Shown: positions 46,862-56,103, counted from the first letter of the stretch. The stretch: 59,595 nucleotides of DNA from Terrimicrobiaceae bacterium (GCA_041752695.1 JBGSVZ010000123.1:1-59595), one strand, 5' to 3'. A program made the numbers and translations. The notes: generated from the sequence alone by a model not told the origin.

Positions 46862-47761
46862 TCAGCGGATCAGGCTGGCCAGATGGGCGAGCAAGCCCTG
46901 TTTCAGCGGGGTTTGCGGCAGATGAGCGTTCGCAGCCCGGAGGGCGGCGAGATCGTAGATGCGGTGGCAGAGAAAAGGCGCCGCTTCGGGATGTTCGCGC
47001 AGATGAGCATCTACCGGGATTTCTTCCACCGTGAGTCCGACGCCGAGAAGTTCCGCAAGGATCCGATAGTATTCCCGGGATTCCACGACATCGGGTCCGG
47101 CAATGTTGAAGATATTGCCGGCGGCCCTGGCGTTGCCGGACGAGCTCAGAACGGTCTGCGAGAGATCATCCGCCAGAACCGGTTGTTGGAGGAAATGTCC
47201 ACCCCCGACAAGCTGCAGGGTTTTGCTGGCGCGAAGGTGGGCAATGAGGAGGGGGTCGCGGCCATGCCGGGGCAGACAACCTAGGCGGGAGCCGGGACCG
47301 TAAATATGGGTCGGGCGCACGATACTCCAGGTCATTTGGCCGGTATCGCTGGTGAGGAGAATGTTTTCCGAGGCCCGTTTTTCCCCCCCGTACCCGTGGG
47401 ACAGGTAGTGTTCCGCATTCTCGGGCTGGGGAAAAATCCGCCGCGCCGGGTCATAGACAAAATCGGTGGAAACGAAAATCAACCGCCCTGCGAGAGACGA
47501 AAAAACTTCCACGTCCTGACGGATGTCTGCGGGCGAAAACGCGGCGCTGTCGATGACCACGTCCCAGGCGGTTTGCGTCTCCCCGACGGCTCGGGAAAAT
47601 GCCGCCAGATCCTGGCGATCCGCCACGAGGGAAATCGCTCCTCCCGAGATGGGCGATCGGCCGCGTGTGAGGGTCCAGACCCGATGGCCTTCCGCGACGG
47701 CCCGGCGGACGATGGTTCCGCCGAGAAATCCGCTGCCACCAATCACCAGGATTTTCGCCAT
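46862..47761 (-). CDS. NAD-dependent epimerase/dehydratase (SDR)
   Basis: 'ILVIGGSGFLG', 'FVSTDFVY', YxxxK 'YGGEK', 'RPTHIYGPG'. Confidence 0.88.
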   Translation of the reverse strand: MAKILVIGGSGFLGGTIVRRAVAEGHRVWTLTRGRSPISGGAISLVADRQDLAAFSRAVGETQTAWDVVIDSAAFSPADIRQDVEVFSSLAGRLIFVSTDFVYDPARRIFPQPENAEHYLSHGYGGEKRASENILLTSDTGQMTWSIVRPTHIYGPGSRLGCLPRHGRDPLLIAHLRASKTLQLVGGGHFLQQPVLADDLSQTVLSSSGNARAAGNIFNIAGPDVVESREYYRILAELLGVGLTVEEIPVDAHLREHPEAAPFLCHRIYDLAALRAANAHLPQTPLKQGLLAHLASLIR

Positions 47762-47767
47762 GCGCGG

Positions 47768-49858
47768 TTATTGCTGATTCTTTCGCGGACTGACAAGGCC
47801 GGCCGGCCAGTCGGGGATGTCGCGTTTGCCGTCGGTGTTGAAGTCGCCGCGCAAATAGGCCTCAAAATTGACGGTGGACCCGCGTTTGTCCTTCGAGCTG
47901 AGGTCGATTTTCCCGACCGGTTGGGTTCCCCAGTTGGCGAGGAGGACGGTCGTGACCGGAGCGGTGGCCAGGGGCGGGTCGAGGACGATCGAGGTGACGT
48001 CGGCCTCACGCACGATGCGGTCTACGCCGTCGAAATCGAACTCCACATGGTCCCCAACCCGGAAGGCGCCTTCGCCGTCGTAAACGAGTTTGCTTTCGGT
48101 GCATTCCGACATGCGTTTGCCGTCGAGGCTCACCACCCGGACGGGGACGGCCGGAAACTGCGGGTCGCCGACCTCCGAACCCTGCTCGAGCCCGGTCTTT
48201 TCCTGCAGTTCCTTGAGGTCGGTGAAACGTTCGGTCCTCCCATTTTTGAAACTGGCGATAAGTCCATGCGAGCTGTTGGTGATCCAGAAGCGGTTGTTTT
48301 TCGATTGCACATCGGTGGACGGCACATCCGATCCGTAGGCATAGGTCCCCCCGCGAACGTCAAAGATATTGCCAGACATCTTGTGGCCGGCACCCTTGAT
48401 GATGACGGCTCCATTGGCGAAAAGGGAAAACGTGTTGTTTTCCAGCACATAGCCGCCGCCCTCCTTTTCCGTGCCGGTGTTTTTGGTGTCGGGGCCACTG
48501 GTGAAAAAAACATTCGCACTGGTTCCGGCAAAGATGTTGTTGCGGGCGGTGAGGTCCACGGTCTGCTGGGTGTGGGCCCCCTGACCGCTGGCGACCAGGA
48601 GGTTGGAGTCGAGAAGGACATTCTTCACGCCGCGATAGGTCTGAAAATTGTCGGGATGGGCGAACCTGCTGTGGTGATGGATGGCGTTGCCGCGGACGAT
48701 GGCATCTTCCGTGTCCCAGGCAATGATGAGACCGTCGTTGAGATTCCAGGCAATCTCGTTGTTTTCCACCAGGACGTCCCGTGCGTAGGAGAACGTGATG
48801 CCATAAGAATTGTCCACGATAAGGCAGTTTTTTACCGTCACGTCGCGGCAGCGGGTGAGGGCCACTCCGAAACGCTGATTCTGATAAACCGCGCAGCCTT
48901 CCACGGTGAGCCCGGTGCGTGTGCCTTCCGTCACGGAAGTGGACTGGGTGCCGATGCCAAACCCCGAAGGAGCCGGCGCGGCGTGGCGGACGTGCAGGTT
49001 TTTGAGCGTCAGATGGCTGGCCTTGGAAAGGTCCACCACCATTTCGCGTCGCGGAGATTCCGCCCTGGTGAGATCGTTTTTGTCCGTCGGCCACCAGAAG
49101 AGGCGGGTGCCGGTCCCGGTCTCGGCGGTCAGCCATTCGCCGGGCTGATCCAGGAAGGTGATGTGGTTTTGCAGATAGAAGCGGTCTCCGTCCGTGTAGG
49201 GCACCGCGCGTCCTTTAAAGAGCGGTGCGGCCAGTTCGAGGCTGGTGCCCCGCGTTCCTCCGGTCCAGCCCTGCACCGCCGCCATCTCCTGCTCCACGCC
49301 CTTGGCCCGGAAAAAGAAGATCTGGGCGCCAGCGAGCGACTCCGCCTTCACATCGGCGAGTTTGTCGGACAAGATGGTTTTCCCGTCGCTGGTGGTGGCG
49401 GAAAACCACCCGCTGTTGGGCTCGCGGGCGACACGCTGTTTGGCGGCGCCGGCGAACAGAAATCCGGGTTTCCAATCGAGGTCGGTGTAATAGATCTCCG
49501 AAGCCTGCGGGTGGTTCGCCTCCGGGAGCGTCGAACCGGCCAGGGGTTTCCATCCGGTGAGCGCATCCGCCCCACTGAGAATGGCAGGGTGGGCGGGATC
49601 GGCGGATTCGATCACGATGGGACTTTCTTTTGTCCCGGAAGACGCCACAGGGACCGTCTCGCGGTAAATCCCCGGAGCCACCACGACACGATCACCGGGG
49701 GAGAGCGTGGCCAGAGCCTGGGTCACCGTGGGGAAGGGTTTTCCCTGGGAGCCATCGCCGTCGGCCTGGGCCGCTGCATCCACCCGCCACTCGCGGGCGG
49801 GCAGGGCGTTTATGGCGCAAAAGATTCCAGCAGAGAGGAGAAGGAGGGGGCGGTTCAT
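47768..49858 (-). CDS. Secreted right-handed parallel beta-helix protein (DUF1565 N-terminus; pectin-lyase-like/GH141-like)
   Basis: 'DGDGSQGKPFPTVTQA...PGDRVVVAPGIYRE', 'AREPN', 'LDQPGEW', Asn-ladder repeats, 'HPDNFQ'. Confidence 0.82.
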   Translation of the reverse strand: MNRPLLLLSAGIFCAINALPAREWRVDAAAQADGDGSQGKPFPTVTQALATLSPGDRVVVAPGIYRETVPVASSGTKESPIVIESADPAHPAILSGADALTGWKPLAGSTLPEANHPQASEIYYTDLDWKPGFLFAGAAKQRVAREPNSGWFSATTSDGKTILSDKLADVKAESLAGAQIFFFRAKGVEQEMAAVQGWTGGTRGTSLELAAPLFKGRAVPYTDGDRFYLQNHITFLDQPGEWLTAETGTGTRLFWWPTDKNDLTRAESPRREMVVDLSKASHLTLKNLHVRHAAPAPSGFGIGTQSTSVTEGTRTGLTVEGCAVYQNQRFGVALTRCRDVTVKNCLIVDNSYGITFSYARDVLVENNEIAWNLNDGLIIAWDTEDAIVRGNAIHHHSRFAHPDNFQTYRGVKNVLLDSNLLVASGQGAHTQQTVDLTARNNIFAGTSANVFFTSGPDTKNTGTEKEGGGYVLENNTFSLFANGAVIIKGAGHKMSGNIFDVRGGTYAYGSDVPSTDVQSKNNRFWITNSSHGLIASFKNGRTERFTDLKELQEKTGLEQGSEVGDPQFPAVPVRVVSLDGKRMSECTESKLVYDGEGAFRVGDHVEFDFDGVDRIVREADVTSIVLDPPLATAPVTTVLLANWGTQPVGKIDLSSKDKRGSTVNFEAYLRGDFNTDGKRDIPDWPAGLVSPRKNQQ

Positions 49859-49861
49859 AAT

Positions 49862-51283
49862 TCAGGGTTTTGGAGAATGTTGTTTCCACATCGCCACGGC
49901 GAACGGCGATGGACTGTTGGTGCCTTCCTGGAGATCCTCCGGGAAGATGCGATCGGCGTAGGCAAAGAGCGGGGGATGATTCCAGGCGTCCTCCAGTCCG
50001 AGGATTCGCGCAGCGATGACGACAGAGACGATGTTCGCGTTGTTGATACTGCGGTAGGAAGTCGTCCAAAGCGCGTTGTCATTTTGCGGCATTTTCGCAT
50101 GGCGGATGCCCCACTCCGGCAGGCCGATATTCTCCTCCTTGTAAGGCTGGGGTGTGCCGCCGCGGGGGTCCGGATCCCAGCGGGGGCCGTGGGACATTTC
50201 CACGTCGGCCTGACTGACGATAAACGTTTGTTCGTCATCCTGAAAACGCGTTTCCCATTTTCCGGCATTTTTCATGTGGGCATCGTTCAACAGCAGGCCG
50301 GCCAATAAAATGGGCAGCTTGCGCCCCTGATGGTGGCCGCCATTCGCGGGCCAGCCGCCTCCCTGATCGGCGATCCCGGTGAGGTCGATTCCGAGTTGCA
50401 CCAAGGGGATGAGAAGCGGGTCTTTGTCAGGCGCCCCGGGCAACTGCGTGAAGTCGAGATTTAGCGCGAGAACTGCATCGTTGATCAACGCGGCCATGTC
50501 CCGTCCGTAGTTGGGCATGTTCTCGGAAGGATGAACCATCGCCCCCAGAAATTCGTTCACATGATCAATCCACGGACGTTGGAATTTTTCCGCCAGGGCC
50601 GCCGGGTCCGGGGCTTCAGCGACCGGGGGCAGCGCCTTGAGTTTGGCACGGTCCAGGCCGGCAAGGCGGAATCTCACGGTTTTGTCCGTCCCCGCGTAGG
50701 CCGGGCGAAAGCTTCCCTCGGGAGGCGGCTCGGACAGCACGGTGAGAACGGCCCCGGAGCGCGTCACCGGACGGGGCGCCTTGGTGTGACCATTAAACTT
50801 CGGGATGCCGGGCTCGGCGTCCTCGGGCGAGCGATACAGCCAGCTCACCATGGAGACGAGGCTGGAAGGCGCTGCCAGCTTAAGTGGGTTGGTTGGGGAC
50901 ATGGGTTGGCCGCCGGGCAGCGCGGCATTGAGGGTGGCATCGTAGGAGGTGATGCGGTTGTCGTATCCCTGCCTTGCGTCGGTTCCTGGATTAACCATTG
51001 AACCATCCTCCCCCGGCTTGGGCAGAAATCCCGGAGCATGCAGGTTGGTGGTGATCCCCACCACGTGGACCGGCCCAATCACCCAATAATCCCCATTGCA
51101 GAACGTCCCTGCTTCCACCTTCTTGTCGAAGGTCCAGGTGATGCCATGCTGGGTGAGGCTCTGCACGGGAGCCCCTGACAAAGCGGCGGACGCTCCCCAA
51201 AGGGAACTTTCCCAGGCCAGCGCGCAGGCGGCGAGAGTGGCCAGCGAGAGATAACGACGCGGAGAAACGATGCGGCAGAACAT
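49862..51283 (-). CDS. Secreted protein of unknown family (paralogue of 13197-14648)
   Basis: 'QHGITWTFD', 'GDYWVIGPV', 'QGYD', 'RPWIDH', 'PSENMPNYGRD', 'GGHHQGRKLP', 'WNHPPLFAYADR'. Confidence 0.85.
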   Translation of the reverse strand: MFCRIVSPRRYLSLATLAACALAWESSLWGASAALSGAPVQSLTQHGITWTFDKKVEAGTFCNGDYWVIGPVHVVGITTNLHAPGFLPKPGEDGSMVNPGTDARQGYDNRITSYDATLNAALPGGQPMSPTNPLKLAAPSSLVSMVSWLYRSPEDAEPGIPKFNGHTKAPRPVTRSGAVLTVLSEPPPEGSFRPAYAGTDKTVRFRLAGLDRAKLKALPPVAEAPDPAALAEKFQRPWIDHVNEFLGAMVHPSENMPNYGRDMAALINDAVLALNLDFTQLPGAPDKDPLLIPLVQLGIDLTGIADQGGGWPANGGHHQGRKLPILLAGLLLNDAHMKNAGKWETRFQDDEQTFIVSQADVEMSHGPRWDPDPRGGTPQPYKEENIGLPEWGIRHAKMPQNDNALWTTSYRSINNANIVSVVIAARILGLEDAWNHPPLFAYADRIFPEDLQEGTNSPSPFAVAMWKQHSPKP

Positions 51284-51306
51284 GGGGAACCTGCCCTTAG
51301 CAATAG

Positions 51307-51320
51307 ATCAAACATGTGAT
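51307..51320. promoter_or_regulatory. Operator ATCAAACATGTGAT (extended agATCAAACATGTGATct) upstream of the minus-strand operon
   Basis: Identical to the 42990 site; 23 bp upstream of ATG 51283; marks the right boundary of the regulon. Confidence 0.78.
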
Positions 51321-51393
51321 CTGTCGAGTCTTTTTCCCACCGGGCGGCCCTTGGCCGGCGCGAATTTGGCCCTGCCGATGTCGCAGACAGGAA

Positions 51394-53397
51394 TTACCGG
51401 GCGGCCAGCTGGGCGCGGAGGCGGGCGATCTGGGCGACGACGTCGTCCTCCTCCATCGGGCGGCTCATGATTTCCTCGTACCTCTCCTCGATGACATCGT
51501 CGCCGAGGAGTTCTTTCAAAAACGGGCTGGGCAGGCAGTGCATGGAACTGCCAAATTTCGAGCGCCCCCGGCACCAGGTGATGATGAGAGATTTCATCGC
51601 CCGGGTGATGCCGACGTAAAAAAGGCGCCGTTCCTCATCGACCGTTCCCTCGGATTTTGAGCGTTCGTGCGGGAGCAGTCCATCCTCCGCGCCCACGAGG
51701 AAAACGTGGGGAAATTCCAGCCCCTTGGCCGCGTGCATGGTGATGAGCGTCACGCCGCGGTTGTCCTCCTTGTCCTCTTCGCGTTCGCGGTTGAGGGCGA
51801 TGTCGTCGATAAAACTCTGCAGCGCATTCTCTTTCCGGGACCGTTTCTGGTGCTCGGCCATGGCGCGCAGCATTTCTTTCACGTTCTCCTCGCGGTTGAG
51901 CGATTCGTCGGCGGTTTTGCAGGAGCGTTTGAGGTCTGCGATGTAGCCGCAGTTTTCCAGCATCGATGAGACAATTTCCGCGCAGTCCGCGCCGGGCGTT
52001 TGCACGCGGATGCGGGTGGATTCGATTTCGTCGATGAAGGTCCGGATGCCCTCGGCGGTTTTTTTGGTGCAGCCTTCCAGGTGCTCGGGATGGCGCAGGG
52101 CTTCGAAGAGGGTGATATTCCGCTCGGTGCTGAAGGCCAGGGCGAGTTCGACCGAGGTGGCCCCAATGCCCCGCGGCGGGGTGTTGATGATGCGCAGCAG
52201 GGCGGGGTCGTCCGAGGGATTCAGCAGCGTGGTGATGTAGGCGGTGATGTCCTTGATCTCGCGCCGGTCGAAGAAACTTTTGCCCCCGACCAACCGGTAG
52301 GGGATCTTGAGTTTGCGGAGATTTTCCTCCAGCAGCCGCGACTGGGCATTCATCCGGTAGATGACGGCAAAATGCTCCCAGGGGAGCTTCTCGTTGTCGC
52401 GATGGGCGGCGATTTCCTGGATGACAAACTCCGCTTCCTTGCGATCGTCCGGGATGCCGATGATCCGCACGGGGTCTCCGCCCTCCTTGGGGCTCCAGAG
52501 GTTCTTGCCGCGGCGGCGCGGGTTGTTTTTGATCAGCCGGTTGGCCGCGCCGAGGATGGCGTTGGTGCTGCGGTAATTTTGTTCGAGCCGGATGATGCGC
52601 GGGTTGGGAAAATGTTTTTCGAACTCCAGGATGTTCGACACCTCCGCGCCGCGCCACCCGTAGATGCTCTGGTCATCGTCGCCCACCACACAGACGTTCG
52701 GCGGGTCCCCCGCGGCGAGATGGCTGACGAGTTGCAGCTGAAGATTATTGGTGTCCTGAAACTCATCCACCATGAGGTGTTTCACCCGCGAACGCCACTT
52801 CTCCCGCGCCTCGGGGTGTTCGTCGAAAAGCTGGACCGCCTTGCGCAACAGATCGTCAAAATCCATCGCGTTGAGCGCCCTCAACTCCTGCTCGTAGCGG
52901 TGGAAAACCGAGCCCGCCAGGGTGAGCGGATCCAGGGGCAGACCATTGTTCTTGGCCTTGCTGATGATGTTCTTGGCGAAATTGGGATCGAGTTTTTCAT
53001 CCTTCCCGCAAACCCGCGTGATGATTTTTTTGATCAACCCCGTCTGGTCCCCCTCGTCGAAAATAGAGAAATTCGGTTTGTAGCCGAGCCGCTGGGCGTC
53101 CGCCCGCAGGATGCGCACGCAGAGGGCGTGGAAGGTGGAGGCGGTGACGAGTTTAGCCTCGTCCTCATTGACCATTCCGGCGATGCGCTCCTTCATCTCG
53201 CGCGCCGCCTTGTTCGTAAACGTGACGGCCATGATCCCGGCCGGATCCTCGCCCTGCGAGATCAGCCAGGCGATGCGTGCGGTGACGGTGCGCGTTTTTC
53301 CCGTGCCCGCGCCCGCCAGAATCAGCATGGGGCCCGTCTCGTGATGGACGGCTGCGAGCTGCTCGGGGTTGAGGTCGAAAAGGCGGAACCGGCTCAT
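51394..53397 (-). CDS. UvrD/PcrA/Rep family ATP-dependent DNA helicase
   Basis: 'LAGAGTGKT', 'TFTNKAAREM', 'VDEFQDTN', 'VGDDDQSIYGWRGA', 'LEQNYRST', 'TMHAAKGLEF', 'EERRLFYVGITRA'. Confidence 0.95.
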   Translation of the reverse strand: MSRFRLFDLNPEQLAAVHHETGPMLILAGAGTGKTRTVTARIAWLISQGEDPAGIMAVTFTNKAAREMKERIAGMVNEDEAKLVTASTFHALCVRILRADAQRLGYKPNFSIFDEGDQTGLIKKIITRVCGKDEKLDPNFAKNIISKAKNNGLPLDPLTLAGSVFHRYEQELRALNAMDFDDLLRKAVQLFDEHPEAREKWRSRVKHLMVDEFQDTNNLQLQLVSHLAAGDPPNVCVVGDDDQSIYGWRGAEVSNILEFEKHFPNPRIIRLEQNYRSTNAILGAANRLIKNNPRRRGKNLWSPKEGGDPVRIIGIPDDRKEAEFVIQEIAAHRDNEKLPWEHFAVIYRMNAQSRLLEENLRKLKIPYRLVGGKSFFDRREIKDITAYITTLLNPSDDPALLRIINTPPRGIGATSVELALAFSTERNITLFEALRHPEHLEGCTKKTAEGIRTFIDEIESTRIRVQTPGADCAEIVSSMLENCGYIADLKRSCKTADESLNREENVKEMLRAMAEHQKRSRKENALQSFIDDIALNREREEDKEDNRGVTLITMHAAKGLEFPHVFLVGAEDGLLPHERSKSEGTVDEERRLFYVGITRAMKSLIITWCRGRSKFGSSMHCLPSPFLKELLGDDVIEERYEEIMSRPMEEDDVVAQIARLRAQLAAR

Positions 53398-54020
53398 TTC
53401 GAAGGCGGAATGCGGAAGTGGGAAGGGGGAAGTTGCAGCCCGGGAGCGGAAGCGAAGCGGGCGATGACTTCGGGATAAATCCGGTGTTCCTCGACTTGAA
53501 TGCGGGCGTGGAGGGATTCGGCGGTGTCGTCGGGCAGGACGGGCACTTCGGCCTGGTCGATGATTTCGCCGGTGTCCATGCCGGAATCGACGTAATGCAC
53601 GGTGCAGCCGGCGGTTTTTTCACCGGCTTCGAGGGCTTGACGCCACGATTCGAGGCCGGGGAATTTCGGAAGCAGCGAGGGGTGGATGTTGATGATGCGG
53701 CGGGGAAAAGCTTCCAACATCGGAGCCTTGATCATGCGCATATAGCCGGCCAGGACGACGAGATCGACGCCGGCGTTTTGCAGCAGGGCGACCTGCTCCG
53801 TCTCAACTTCGGGGGAGAGTTTCGTTTTGAACCGGGGATCGGTCACGGTGGCGCACGGGATGCCTGCCTCCCCGGCGAACTGCAAGATTCCGGACTCCGG
53901 AACGTCCGAAATCACCAGGGCCACTTCGGCGTTCAGCCGGCCGTCCTGAATGGCGGCGAGCACGGCGCGAAAATTCGAGCCCTTCCCGGAACCAAGCACA
54001 CCAAGTCGCATCGTCGCCAT
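53394..54020 (-). CDS. purN: Phosphoribosylglycinamide formyltransferase
   Basis: 'LGSGKGSNF', 'LAGYMR', 'INIHPSLLPKFPG', 'GCTVHYV..GMDTG', 'EH.IYP'; start 54020 or 54011. Confidence 0.95.
   Translation of the reverse strand: MATMRLGVLGSGKGSNFRAVLAAIQDGRLNAEVALVISDVPESGILQFAGEAGIPCATVTDPRFKTKLSPEVETEQVALLQNAGVDLVVLAGYMRMIKAPMLEAFPRRIINIHPSLLPKFPGLESWRQALEAGEKTAGCTVHYVDSGMDTGEIIDQAEVPVLPDDTAESLHARIQVEEHRIYPEVIARFASAPGLQLPPSHFRIPPSK
53397..53438. repeat. Degenerate 7-bp tandem repeat (NNNGGAA) at the purN 3' end
   Basis: TTTCGAA GGCGGAA TGCGGAA GTGGGAA GGGGGAA GTTGCAG. Confidence 0.65.
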
Positions 54021-54102
54021 CGACCGGCGATGATGCCTTTCCCGGCCCGCCATGCAAGCGGTGCTTCCCAACTTTTTGATTTCTGTGCAGCATGCCCGGC
54101 CG

Positions 54103-54984
54103 ATGACTTTGGAATCGTATCTCAAAGACCGGTCGAAGACCGTGGATGCCGCCCTCGACCGTCTGTTGCCCCGGGCCACGGTCAAGCCGGTCACCGTCCA
54201 TCAGGCGATGCGATACAGTCTTTTTGCCGGCGGCAAACGGATGCGGCCCATTGCCTGCCTGGCGGCGGCCGAAGCCTGCGGAGGGTCCGTCGAGGACGCC
54301 CTGCCGGCCGCCTGCGCCGTGGAGTGTATCCACACCTATTCGCTGGTTCATGACGACCTGCCCTGCATGGATGACGACGATTTCCGCCGCGGTCGTCCCA
54401 CTTCGCACAAGGTGTATGGGGAAGGTATTGCGGTGCTCACCGGCGATGCCCTGCTCACCCAGGCTTTTGAAATTCTCGCCTCCGCCCGGGAAACGCCGCG
54501 CTACAAAACCCGTGACCTCCTGCGCGAGCTTTCCGTCGCCGCCGGTAGCCGCAAGCTGATCGCGGGTCAGGTCGCCGACCTCGAAGGCGAGGGGAAAAAA
54601 TCCACCCGGGCCGAACTGCGGTTCATCCATCAGGGAAAAACCGCTGCGATGATCGTGGTGAGTCTGCGCCTGGGCGCGATGAGTGCCAATGCCAGCCCCG
54701 CGAAACTCGACGGCCTGACCGCCTTCGGCCAGAACCTCGGCCTCGCTTTTCAGGTCATCGACGACATTCTCGATGTCACCCAGACCAGCGAAAAACTCGG
54801 CAAGAGCGCGGGCAAGGATGTTGCCGCGCAGAAGACCACCTACCCGGCCCTGATCGGCCTGGATGCCGCCCGCAAGGAGGCCCGCCGCTTGACCCGGGCC
54901 GCCCACGACTCCCTGGCTCCCCTGGGTGCAAAAGCGGCTTTGCTCCACGCCATGGCGGACTACCTGCTGGACCGGGAGTTTTAG
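54103..54984 (+). CDS. ispA: Geranyltranstransferase / farnesyl diphosphate synthase
   Basis: 'GGKRMRP', 'HTYSLVHDDLPCMDDDDFRRG', 'GQVAD', 'KT', 'FQVIDDILD', 'GKD'. Confidence 0.92.
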   Translation: MTLESYLKDRSKTVDAALDRLLPRATVKPVTVHQAMRYSLFAGGKRMRPIACLAAAEACGGSVEDALPAACAVECIHTYSLVHDDLPCMDDDDFRRGRPTSHKVYGEGIAVLTGDALLTQAFEILASARETPRYKTRDLLRELSVAAGSRKLIAGQVADLEGEGKKSTRAELRFIHQGKTAAMIVVSLRLGAMSANASPAKLDGLTAFGQNLGLAFQVIDDILDVTQTSEKLGKSAGKDVAAQKTTYPALIGLDAARKEARRLTRAAHDSLAPLGAKAALLHAMADYLLDREF

Positions 54985-55856
54985 TTTGCGACGGGTCCGG
55001 GTCCGGCTTTCTCGTTGATGGCGGAAATCTCGCGTTGCTCGTGGGCGCGCCGATTGATCACGAAGGTGTTGTTGTCCCCGTGGGTCGCCCACGGGCCGAC
55101 GGGTACTTCGCCAAATTCGACAAATTTCCAATCCGTCACGTCGGTGTCGTCCATACCCAGAAAGTCCCGCACGGCCGGCGAGACATCGAGTCCGGCCCCT
55201 TTGTTGAGATTAAATTTCGGCCGCTCGTTGCCGAAGACATATTGCCAGTGATCCGTGCGGAACGGCCCGGCGTCCTCCCACTGCGCGTAGCAAACGCGGG
55301 CCCCCTTGCGGATGACGATCCAGCGTCCTTTGCAGACGGATTTATGAGGATTTTCAAAGGTCTCCCTGAACCACGGGATGACCTCGGCCGCCTCACCTTT
55401 GTGTCCGGTCCTGGTCATGTCGTTGTAGGGCAGGGCGATGTAGAAGGGATTCTGCCGCGGGGTGAATCCGGCGGGGGTGTAGGTGCGTGTGCGTTTCGCG
55501 CGGTCGGGGGTATCGGTGCCGCCGTAGTTGTCGGCCCAATTGCCGTCCCAACTGCTTTTGTGATTGGGCACGGGATTGTTCTGGGTCGGCTGTTCTCCAA
55601 TCCAAAACGTGGTGGTGATGATGCCGAATTTCCACGCGTATTCCCGCTGGGGATTTTTCGGGGGATCGTTCAGAACGCCAGGTTCGGACACCCCCTCGCC
55701 TTCCGCGCTCCAGATTTGTCCGGGCCTGAGCTTTTTGCTGGTCTTCGACAGCTCCTTCACATCCGGGGCCTTCGCCTGGAGCGAGTGTCCGCCGAACATC
55801 GAAGCCAGCGACGTCAGGAAGATTCCTGCCGAGCGAATCAGCGATTTCCATTTCAT
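54981..55856 (-). CDS. Secreted hypothetical protein, possible double-psi beta-barrel (RlpA/3D-like)
   Basis: Signal peptide from ATG 55856; 'FYIALP', 'KGRWIVI', 'QWEDAGP', 'GLDVSPAV' resemble DPBB motifs. Confidence 0.65.
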   Translation of the reverse strand: MKWKSLIRSAGIFLTSLASMFGGHSLQAKAPDVKELSKTSKKLRPGQIWSAEGEGVSEPGVLNDPPKNPQREYAWKFGIITTTFWIGEQPTQNNPVPNHKSSWDGNWADNYGGTDTPDRAKRTRTYTPAGFTPRQNPFYIALPYNDMTRTGHKGEAAEVIPWFRETFENPHKSVCKGRWIVIRKGARVCYAQWEDAGPFRTDHWQYVFGNERPKFNLNKGAGLDVSPAVRDFLGMDDTDVTDWKFVEFGEVPVGPWATHGDNNTFVINRRAHEQREISAINEKAGPGPVAN

Positions 55857-56103
55857 GGTGGGGATTTCTTTCGCAGGAGAATCGTCCGGCCGGGGTTGGC
55901 CGGACGTCTGCCCGCGAGAAAACCTCCGCCTCTCACCGCGGGATGCAAGGGATATTCGCGCTGCCGGAGGGACACGCCGCACGTTGGAGTCCAGCCTTCA
56001 GGCTGCTTCCGAAGCACGCTGATGCCTGAATTCCCCCATGTCTCGCATCCGCCCCGCGGAAAATTTGCTGCGTGACGCCGGAACACGGGCGAAGATGGGG
56101 GCA

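Noticed and set aside
47306..50308. 1000-aa plus-strand ORF
   Set aside because: Antisense shadow of three well-supported minus-strand genes; no recognisable motifs. Long shadow ORFs are expected at this GC content.
9983..51320. Reading the palindrome as an FNR (TTGAT-N4-ATCAA) or CRP (TGTGA-N6-TCACA) box
   Set aside because: The half-sites are in the reverse order (ATCAA-N4-TTGAT), which those proteins are not known to recognise. A local LacI regulator is the simpler explanation.
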